From: Patescibacteria group bacterium
GTDB lineage: Bacteria > Patescibacteriota > Saccharimonadia > Saccharimonadales > OMJO01
DNA: 24,000 nt
Reading direction: 5' to 3'
Assembly: GCA_038064135.1 (NCBI GenBank)
Contig: JBBTTS010000004.1
Location: forward strand, 3,677 to 27,676
A program made the position numbers and the translations under genes. Within the stretch, counting starts at the first letter, position 1. Each line of letters begins with the position of its first letter. Shown here one piece after another: positions 7,949-14,549 of the stretch. The notes under the pieces were generated by a model. That model was not told the origin of the DNA. It saw only the letters and a list, made by a program, of their open reading frames with translations, and ran no database searches.

Positions 7949-9315
7949 GTATCTCGGATATTATAAGGCGTTCTGGTCGAAGCTTAAAAAATGCTAAAGC
8001 GCGGACAATTCTTACGGCTATGGCAATCGCTGTTGGTACGTTTGCATTAACACTAACGCTTGCTGCTAGTAATGGCGCGCAAGGGTTTGTAGATGAAATA
8101 ATTAGTGAAAATTTTGACCCTGCAGAGCTAATTGTTGCAAATGACAATGCTGTTTTTGGAAGGGGTGATACAACTAAACCCAAAGAATATAATCAAGATT
8201 TCAGTGGTGCACTCAGCCAAGCTGGAGCTCCGATCCAAATCGAATACATAAATGACGAACAAATCGAACAGATTAAAACTGTAACAGGTGTGAATGAAAT
8301 TCGTGAAGGAATAGACCTTAACTTAGAGTATTTAACCCGTACTGGGCAAAAAAAATATATTGGCACCGTTAGCGTTTTTAATCCATTTCAGAAACCAGAT
8401 ATATTAGCAGGTGAAATACCAAAAAAATTAACTGATGCAAAGGTACTTTTGCCAGAAGCTTTCTTGGAGCCGCTTGGGTTTAAGAGTGCAGTCGAAGCTG
8501 TCGGTAAGCAAATAGTGTTGGCGGTTCGGAAACCTGCCGATCCCGATCAAATCAGGAAGATACTTCAAAAAGGTGTATTGATTGATCAAGCCGAACTTGA
8601 CAAAGCCAGCCAATCTCAGGTTAGTGAGGAAGTATTTACAATATCCGCAATTCTAAAAAAACCTACAACCTCTCAACCGGGCACTGAACTGTATAGCTTT
8701 ATAGGAATCGATGACGCCAAGCGCATAAATGATTTGGCAACAAAAAATACCGACATTTTCAGAAAGTATCAATACGTTTTCGTAAACGTAAAAGATGGCG
8801 ATGACCAAACTGTTCTTAAAGGTGTACAAGATAAATTAAAAGACATGGGATTCGTCTCGCAAAGCGCCAAAGACACCCAGGAATTTTTATTTAGGATAAT
8901 TGGTATATTGCAAGGAATTGTAGCTGCATTCGGTATGATTGCAGTAATTGCATCGGTTTTTGGAATAGTAAACACCATGTACATTAGTGTATTGCAACGG
9001 ACTCGCGAAATTGGTTTGATGAAAGCACTTGGCATGCGCAGTCGTGACATTAGTAGGTTATTTAGGTTTGAGGCAGCCTGGATAGGTTTTTTGGGCGGGG
9101 CAATTGGATCACTTTTGGCGCTTCTGGTCGGCTCGGCTTTAAACCCTTGGATCACAAAGCAGTTAGATTTAGGCGAAGACAAGCTCCTGGTTTTTAAACC
9201 TACGCAGATAATAATACTAATTGTATTATTGATGATCGTGGCAACTTTGGCAGGGCTTTTGCCAGCACGCAAAGCTGCCAAGCTTGACCCAATCGAAGCG
9301 CTCCGAACCGAGTAG
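7945..9315 (+). CDS. ABC transporter permease, MacB/FtsX family, with a large extracytoplasmic domain
   Basis: One N-terminal TM (ILTAMAIAVGTFALTLTLAA), a roughly 270-aa soluble domain, then three C-terminal TMs with the FtsX-domain signature (LQRTREIGLMKALGMRSRDI). Confidence 0.85.
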   Translation: MSISDIIRRSGRSLKNAKARTILTAMAIAVGTFALTLTLAASNGAQGFVDEIISENFDPAELIVANDNAVFGRGDTTKPKEYNQDFSGALSQAGAPIQIEYINDEQIEQIKTVTGVNEIREGIDLNLEYLTRTGQKKYIGTVSVFNPFQKPDILAGEIPKKLTDAKVLLPEAFLEPLGFKSAVEAVGKQIVLAVRKPADPDQIRKILQKGVLIDQAELDKASQSQVSEEVFTISAILKKPTTSQPGTELYSFIGIDDAKRINDLATKNTDIFRKYQYVFVNVKDGDDQTVLKGVQDKLKDMGFVSQSAKDTQEFLFRIIGILQGIVAAFGMIAVIASVFGIVNTMYISVLQRTREIGLMKALGMRSRDISRLFRFEAAWIGFLGGAIGSLLALLVGSALNPWITKQLDLGEDKLLVFKPTQIIILIVLLMIVATLAGLLPARKAAKLDPIEALRTE

Positions 9316-9356
9316 ACAACTGGAGTAAAATTAACCAAAGGAGTATAGTAAAAATA

Positions 9357-9914
9357 ATGAAAAAGTTGGTTTTGTTTATAATAATACTGACAGCTGCATC
9401 AAGCGGATATTTTATTTACTCGTCTATAAAAAATAATTCAGAATATCCAGGCTCAGCTATCTCTAGCCCGACTATAAAATCTGAAAGTAAATATGCAAAT
9501 CAGGGTTATGAAAAAATTCCAGATAGTTTATATAGTAATACAAGTATTACCTCATTAGATTTGTCCAATAACAATATAGGATCTTTACCATCAGAAGTCG
9601 GTAAGCTAAGCAGACTGACCAGCTTGGATGTTAGTAATAATAGATTAAAAAGTTTACCTGCCGAGATTGGTAAAATGACTCAACTAACACTACTGAACGC
9701 AAGCCAAAATGAAATGACCGACTTAATCGCTGAAATTGGCAAATTAAAACAGCTAGAAACATTGAATCTAAGTAATAATTCGTTAACCGATTTACCAGAC
9801 GAACTATTACAGCTAACTAATCTGAAAACATTAGACTTATCTAACAACCCAATTAATCCAGACGAGATTATTAAACTAAAGTCTAATCTTTCATCAGCAA
9901 ACATTATCAACTAA
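9357..9914 (+). CDS. Membrane-anchored or secreted leucine-rich-repeat (LRR) protein
   Basis: SD AAAGGAG lies 10 nt upstream. The hydrophobic N-terminus is MKKLVLFIIILTAASSGYFIY. Five 23-aa repeats follow of the form LxxLDLSNNxLxxLPxEIGKLxx, starting at aa 64, 87, 110, 133 and 156. Confidence 0.85.
   Translation: MKKLVLFIIILTAASSGYFIYSSIKNNSEYPGSAISSPTIKSESKYANQGYEKIPDSLYSNTSITSLDLSNNNIGSLPSEVGKLSRLTSLDVSNNRLKSLPAEIGKMTQLTLLNASQNEMTDLIAEIGKLKQLETLNLSNNSLTDLPDELLQLTNLKTLDLSNNPINPDEIIKLKSNLSSANIIN
9507..9881 (+). repeat. In-frame 69-nt periodic coding repeats (LRR units)
   Basis: Protein-level 23-residue periodicity (ITSLDLSNNNIGSLPSEVGKLSR / LTSLDVSNNRLKSLPAEIGKMTQ / LTLLNASQNEMTDLIAEIGKLKQ / LETLNLSNNSLTDLPDELLQLTN / LKTLDLSNNPINP...). 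Confidence 0.8.
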
Positions 9915-9965
9915 CGATCTAATTTATTGATGTGATTAACACTATAACTCGCTATTCAACAGGTG

Positions 9966-9974
9966 TGCTATAGT
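9966..9974 (+). promoter_or_regulatory. Extended -10 promoter (TGcTATAGT) 6 nt upstream of ATG 9981; leaderless-type
   Basis: TGCTATAGT at 9966-9974, no SD. The box is the right arm of a perfect 9-bp inverted repeat (9938-9946 / 9969-9977). Confidence 0.45.
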
Positions 9975-9980
9975 GTTGCC

Positions 9981-10877
9981 ATGGCTAACAAGAAGACAAC
10001 ATCTACCAAAAAGTCAAAAGTAAAATCTACCGGAGTTAGTAAAAAATCATCAACTAAAATAGCAGATTCAAAAGTTACTTCAATTAACAAAAGTTTTAAA
10101 TTGAAAGGTAGCACATACATCGAACAAACTAGAATGCTACAAATATTGAGCATTCCGATTTATATAGGTACCGCAATTGCAGCTTGGTTTATGATGGCAA
10201 GCACTACATTTCCACTAACTTTGTCACACCGGACTAAAAACATTCTGGCTAGTCAAAACAGCACAGTATTTTCGCCTGCATTTCATGTGATATATGATAT
10301 TCAGTTACGTTATTGCATAATAGCAACGTTAATAATTTTAGCCTTATTTGCAGCGGCGTCAGCGTTAAAAATGCCGAAAGAATACGCTCAAGCTGTAGCA
10401 AAAAAAGTAAATCCTTGGCGATGGATAACGATAGGTATAACCGGTGCAATCTTTGTTAATATAGTTAGTTTGCTAAATGGGCTTAGTGACATTGCAGCAA
10501 TTAAATTCAGTAGTTTTATTGTGTTTTTAGCCGCGATTGTTGCCTGGCAAGTCGAAAGACAACACGTAGTTGGCGGTAAAGCCCCAAAAATTACGGGTCA
10601 ACTTAGCATATTATTGGCATTTCTACCGTGGGTAACGATACTCGGCGCGATGTTCGGAACTTATTTTTACGGATTGGTTAGATCACCATGGTATGTTTAT
10701 GCAGGATCAGCAGTATTCTTAATTGCAACATTTGATGTAATTTTAAATAGTATTATGTATTTTAAGGCTAAGAAAAATTGGAAAAACTATTCATTCATAG
10801 ATCGTAATGCTCAGTTGACTGTTTTTTTCGCCGTAATTGTGCTGAGCGTAATACTAATTAGTGGCTTGCCAAAATAG
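9981..10877 (+). CDS. Heliorhodopsin-like 7-TM protein lacking the retinal-binding lysine, with a Lys/Ser-rich N-terminal extension
   Basis: Seven hydrophobic helices. By-eye collinearity with heliorhodopsin blocks: NPWRW (start of TM3), GLSDIAAI, AWQVE, FLPW, PWYVY, NWKNY, DR before TM7, and a terminal ISG. The start is moved to ATG 9981 because the ORF-track GTG at 9963 lies upstream of the -10 box. Confidence 0.65.
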   Translation: MANKKTTSTKKSKVKSTGVSKKSSTKIADSKVTSINKSFKLKGSTYIEQTRMLQILSIPIYIGTAIAAWFMMASTTFPLTLSHRTKNILASQNSTVFSPAFHVIYDIQLRYCIIATLIILALFAAASALKMPKEYAQAVAKKVNPWRWITIGITGAIFVNIVSLLNGLSDIAAIKFSSFIVFLAAIVAWQVERQHVVGGKAPKITGQLSILLAFLPWVTILGAMFGTYFYGLVRSPWYVYAGSAVFLIATFDVILNSIMYFKAKKNWKNYSFIDRNAQLTVFFAVIVLSVILISGLPK

Positions 10878-10897
10878 ATTAAAAAGGTGGTAGGGCG

Positions 10898-11590
10898 GTG
10901 AAATTACATCGCTTTTATGTGGCAAATAAGTTTGATCTAAAACATAATTTTTGGATTCATGATTCGGCCTTGGTTCATCAGATAAGCAGAGTGCTTAGGC
11001 TTCGTATAGGTGAGGATATAGTTCTGTTCGACGGGCAGAACACTGACAGGTTATATAAAATAAAAGATGCCAACCCCCTTGAAGTACATGTCGAATTAGT
11101 CACTGAATTTGAGCGAAAAGTACCAAAAAAAGATATTTACCTATTATGGTCATTGCTTAAAAAAGATAAAAACGATTGGGTAATTCAAAAATGCACCGAA
11201 CTTGGGGTGAGTCATTTTATTCCAATGTTGAGCGAGCGCACCGAGAAAATCGGTTTCGATGTCGAGAGAGCAGTGAAGATAACAATAGAAGCGGCCGAAC
11301 AGTGTGGTCGTAGCGATATACCTACTGTTCATGAACCCCTAAAACTTTCGTCGGCTCTTGAAAAATTTGCTCACAGTGTTCAACTTTTTATATGCGAGCA
11401 AGATTCAGACAATCCTGATGCTAAGTTCGACTCAAAAAAACCTCTAGGGGCAGTGATTGGCCCGGAAGGTGGCTGGAGCGATACCGAGAAGCAGTTATTC
11501 ATAGATCAAAAACTTCAACATCTGAATTTGCACGATTTCACCTTGCGCGCCGAAACCGCCTGCGTCGCAGCCGTCGCAAAGCTCCTCTAA
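10898..11590 (+). CDS. rsmE: 16S rRNA (uracil1498-N3)-methyltransferase RsmE (SPOUT family)
   Basis: GTG start with SD AAGGTGG 7 nt upstream. N-terminal HRFYV PUA-like domain, and C-terminal IGPEGGWSDTE and TLRAETA motifs typical of RsmE. Confidence 0.85.
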   Translation: MKLHRFYVANKFDLKHNFWIHDSALVHQISRVLRLRIGEDIVLFDGQNTDRLYKIKDANPLEVHVELVTEFERKVPKKDIYLLWSLLKKDKNDWVIQKCTELGVSHFIPMLSERTEKIGFDVERAVKITIEAAEQCGRSDIPTVHEPLKLSSALEKFAHSVQLFICEQDSDNPDAKFDSKKPLGAVIGPEGGWSDTEKQLFIDQKLQHLNLHDFTLRAETACVAAVAKLL

Positions 11591-12306
11591 TAGTCGTCTG
11601 GATTATAAAAAAGTTTATGTTCGGTAAACACGAGGTTGTCTTGGCTGCAATATTCGAATGTTTCACGCATACCTTGGAATACTTTTTTCTGTGCATCAAT
11701 CTCGGCAATGGTGAGCCATGCGTTTTTGCCACCCTCTATCTCTTCAGTTAAGATACCACGAAAGTTAGTTGCCTTAATCAACAAAAATAGCTTATCCTCG
11801 AGCATTTCACCGTTGTCTTCGCGGTAATCCATTTTGTGATATAGCCCTCGGTATTCCAGATCGGCCCCTAGGCCCGTTTCTTCTTTTAGTTCACGCTGTG
11901 CGGCTTCGGTAATTGTTTCGCTCCAGCGCATTTTTCCACCGATGCGCGCCCAATAACCGCAATACGGGTTTTTTAGCCGTTGTTGTACCAAGAACTCTAA
12001 CTCATTTGTACCGCGCCGTGTACGCCATCCAGTTATGATTACAGATACTTTTGGCTGGCGCTCGACGGTATTTGTGTCGGTGTCGAGCTTGTTGGCAAAT
12101 TCTTTGCCTTTGATACTAAGCTTGTAACGTCCAGTACTTATTTTGTCGACGTATCCAAGCTCTACGAGTCTAGCTATATGAAACTTAAAATGATCACTGT
12201 CTAGTCCGGTTGGTTTCTGAAGTTCAGAAAAACCACCATTTGGCTGAAAAAGCAGAGCTCTAATTATACTCATTTGGGCATCATGGATTTTTACTTCGTG
12301 TGACAT
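11587..12306 (-). CDS. Winged-helix DNA-binding domain fused to a Nudix hydrolase domain
   Basis: N-terminal MarR/ArsR-like wHTH (IIRALLF..GFSELQKPTGLDSDHFKFHIARLVELGYV). The Nudix box GKMRWSETITEAAQRELKEETGL is complete (Gx5Ex7REUxEExGU). SD GAGGAG lies 5-6 nt upstream of the ATG. Confidence 0.85.
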   Translation of the reverse strand: MSHEVKIHDAQMSIIRALLFQPNGGFSELQKPTGLDSDHFKFHIARLVELGYVDKISTGRYKLSIKGKEFANKLDTDTNTVERQPKVSVIITGWRTRRGTNELEFLVQQRLKNPYCGYWARIGGKMRWSETITEAAQRELKEETGLGADLEYRGLYHKMDYREDNGEMLEDKLFLLIKATNFRGILTEEIEGGKNAWLTIAEIDAQKKVFQGMRETFEYCSQDNLVFTEHKLFYNPDDY

Positions 12307-12325
12307 TATTTCTCCTCTAAACCAG

Positions 12326-12354
12326 AGTTTAGGGTTATGAAAGGTAATTGTCTA
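12326..12354 (-). promoter_or_regulatory. Candidate sigma70-type promoter for the wHTH-Nudix gene (TAGACA-17 nt-TAAACT on the minus strand)
   Basis: The minus-strand -35 TAGACA is the complement of 12349-12354. The -10 TAAACT is the complement of 12326-12331. The spacer is 17 nt, and the leader with GAGGAG SD precedes the ATG at 12306. Confidence 0.35.
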
Positions 12355-12355
12355 G

Positions 12356-12369
12356 GGAAGTGCGCTTCC
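12356..12369. promoter_or_regulatory. Near-perfect 14-bp palindrome GGAAGTGCGCTTCC in the divergent intergenic region; candidate operator
   Basis: The 5-bp arms GGAAG/CTTCC plus an inner G-C pair are complementary. The palindrome ends 17 nt upstream of the nuclease -10 box (12387), so it occupies its -35 position. It also abuts the -35 of the minus-strand promoter. Confidence 0.4.
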
Positions 12370-12386
12370 GTAAGTAGCAAATAGGT

Positions 12387-12392
12387 TACAAT
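12387..12392 (+). promoter_or_regulatory. Candidate -10 box (TACAAT) 6 nt upstream of the nuclease ATG; leaderless-type
   Basis: TACAAT at 12387-12392, ATG at 12399, no SD. Confidence 0.45.
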
Positions 12393-12398
12393 AAAGCG

Positions 12399-13181
12399 AT
12401 GAATTATTGGTCGGAACGCAATAAGCCTTACGAGCCTGGGCAGAAAGCTTCATTTAAGTTGTCACGTAGCAAAATAGAATTATATATGCAGTGTCGGCGC
12501 TGTTTTTGGCTGGATGTGCGACTCAAAATTAAGCGACCCAATGGTCCACCGTTTCAGATAAATAAGACTATCGACGAACTCTTAAAAAAAGAGTTCGATA
12601 GCTACCGCGTAAAGGCTCAGCCACACCCAATGATGACCGAAAACAAAATTAAAGCCATCCCTTTTACGCACCAAGACCTCGATAAATGGCGGCATAATTT
12701 CACCGGAGTAGCTACGGTGCACCAACCTACAAACTTGCATATATTCGGGGCGGTAGACGATATATGGATAAACGAGCAAGACGAGCTGGTGGTCGTTGAC
12801 TACAAGGCCACCTCAAAATCAAGCGAAGTCAGCATAGACGCCGATTGGCAAATAAGCTACAAGCGCCAAATGGAAGTGTATCAGTGGCTACTACGGGCAA
12901 ACGGTTTTCCGGTAAGCGACGTTGCCTATTTTGTGTATGCCAATGGCCGGATGGATGTTGACGGTTTTTATGATCAAGTTGAATTTACCACCAAAGTAAT
13001 TCCATATAACGGCAACTCGAAATGGGTCGAGCCAACTATATTGGCAATGAAAAAATGTATGGAAAGCGACAAAATGCCACCTGTAGGAAAGGCGGCCATG
13101 GGTGGTGACTGCGATTATTGTACATACGCTCGCGCCCGCACTGAACTAACCCTTAGTCATGTGCAAAAAAATCCTAAATAA
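12399..13181 (+). CDS. PD-(D/E)XK nuclease, Cas4/AddB-nuclease-like, with Cys pairs at both termini
   Basis: SRSKIELYMQCRRCFWL N-terminal block, catalytic-core candidates GAVDDIW ... ELVVVDYKAT (D...(D/E)xK), QMEVYQWLL (QxxxY), and C-terminal GGDCDYCTY (CxxC). Confidence 0.75.
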   Translation: MNYWSERNKPYEPGQKASFKLSRSKIELYMQCRRCFWLDVRLKIKRPNGPPFQINKTIDELLKKEFDSYRVKAQPHPMMTENKIKAIPFTHQDLDKWRHNFTGVATVHQPTNLHIFGAVDDIWINEQDELVVVDYKATSKSSEVSIDADWQISYKRQMEVYQWLLRANGFPVSDVAYFVYANGRMDVDGFYDQVEFTTKVIPYNGNSKWVEPTILAMKKCMESDKMPPVGKAAMGGDCDYCTYARARTELTLSHVQKNPK

Positions 13182-13227
13182 AATACTTCCTAAAATTGTA
13201 ATTCTTTATACTTTGAACGTTCTACTT

Positions 13228-13233
13228 TATACT
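13228..13233 (+). promoter_or_regulatory. Candidate -10 box (TATACT) 8 nt upstream of the serS ATG 13242; leaderless-type
   Basis: TATACT at 13228-13233. It lies in the second copy of the 10-bp direct repeat CTTTATACTT (13204-13213 and 13225-13234). No SD. Confidence 0.4.
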
Positions 13234-13241
13234 TAGTGTTA

Positions 13242-14549
13242 ATGTTAGATATTCAGTTTATTCGGGAAAACAAAGATCTTGTAGCCGAAAAATCTTTGCA
13301 AAAGGGTTACAAAGTAGATATAGATAAATTGCTAGAATTTGATAAAAAACGAAAAAGCTTGCTCCAGAAAATCGAAAAAATACGCGCAGATCGTAACGAG
13401 TTGGTTAGCCAAACAAAAGGCCAGAAACCAACCGACCAACAGATGGTTGATGGTCGAATGTTAAAAGAAAATTTGTCAAAACTAGAATCTGATTTGGCGC
13501 CCATTGACGAAGAGTATTTAAAATTACTGAAACAAGTCCCAAATATGCCGACAGACGACGTTCCTGTAGGCAAGAGCGAAGATGATAATGTGGTAGTGAA
13601 AGAAGTTGGTCAAAAACCCCAATTTGATTTTGAGCCAAAAAGTCATTGGCAAATCGGCGAAGCCAAAGACTGGATAGACAAAGAAAGAGCTAGCAAGGTT
13701 TCGGGTAGTCGCTTTGCGTATATTAAAGGCAACTTGGCTAGGCTGCAGTTTGCAATTATCCAATACGTAATCGACACTTTAACAGACGAAAAAGTTATCC
13801 AAGATCTAATAAAACAAGAAGGATTAAATTTAAAATCAACTCCTTTTACTTTAGTGTTGCCTCCGGCGATGATTAAAACCAGTGTTTTTGACGCAATGGA
13901 TCGGTTAGAGCCCCAAGACGATCGTTACCGTGTAGGCGAAGACGGTGATGATTTGTGGTTACAGGGCAGCGCAGAACATACCATTGGCTCGATGCATTTA
14001 AACGAAATATTATCCGAAAAACAGATGCCAATACGTTATCTTGGATATAGCTCTAGCTTTCGCCGTGAAGCCGGAACGTACGGCAAGGACACCGAAGGTT
14101 TGATTCGTATGCATCAGTTCGATAAGTTGGAAATGGAAGTGTTCAGTTCGCCAGAAACTGGTATTGACGAACATAAATTACTCATTGCCATTCAAGAATA
14201 TTTAATGAGGCAGCTAAATTTACCATATCATGTACTGATGAAATGTACGGCTGACATAGGTAAGCCTAATGTACGAGGTGTCGATATCGATGCCTGGATG
14301 CCTGCCCAAAATAAATACCGCGAAACACATACTGCCGATTACATGTCCGATTATCAAACCCGCCGCTTAAAAACCCGAATCAAAAAATCTGACGGAAAAA
14401 TTGAGCTAGCTCATACCAACGATGCCACGGCTTTTGCGCTTGGTAGGACAATGGCTGTTATAATCGAAAATTACCAAAACAAGGAGGGAAACGTGAATAT
14501 ACCAGAAGTGCTAAAAAAATATCTTCCAAGCTTGGGAGATGAATTATGA
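13242..14549 (+). CDS. serS: Seryl-tRNA synthetase
   Basis: MLDIQFIREN N-terminus, coiled-coil tRNA-binding arm, and class II motif 2 (FRREAGTYGKDTEGLIRMHQFDKLE). The start is moved from the ORF-track GTG 13236 to ATG 13242, because the GTG is only 2 nt from the -10 box. TGA stop overlaps hpf (ATGA). Confidence 0.94.
   Translation: MLDIQFIRENKDLVAEKSLQKGYKVDIDKLLEFDKKRKSLLQKIEKIRADRNELVSQTKGQKPTDQQMVDGRMLKENLSKLESDLAPIDEEYLKLLKQVPNMPTDDVPVGKSEDDNVVVKEVGQKPQFDFEPKSHWQIGEAKDWIDKERASKVSGSRFAYIKGNLARLQFAIIQYVIDTLTDEKVIQDLIKQEGLNLKSTPFTLVLPPAMIKTSVFDAMDRLEPQDDRYRVGEDGDDLWLQGSAEHTIGSMHLNEILSEKQMPIRYLGYSSSFRREAGTYGKDTEGLIRMHQFDKLEMEVFSSPETGIDEHKLLIAIQEYLMRQLNLPYHVLMKCTADIGKPNVRGVDIDAWMPAQNKYRETHTADYMSDYQTRRLKTRIKKSDGKIELAHTNDATAFALGRTMAVIIENYQNKEGNVNIPEVLKKYLPSLGDEL

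Noticed and set aside
8769-9338. A 189-aa minus-strand ORF, antisense to the ABC permease gene
   Set aside because: It lies entirely within a well-supported FtsX/MacB permease CDS. It has no SD or -10 box at its start, its low-complexity Ser/Ile/Asn/Pro-rich translation has no recognisable motifs, and it is the frame complementary to a real gene. It is most likely a shadow ORF.
9963-9980. GTG start at 9963 for the 7-TM gene (MCYSVA extension)
   Set aside because: The GTG lies upstream of, and partly inside, the predicted extended -10 box (9966-9974) and has no SD. ATG 9981 sits 6 nt downstream of the box, matching the pattern at the other genes.
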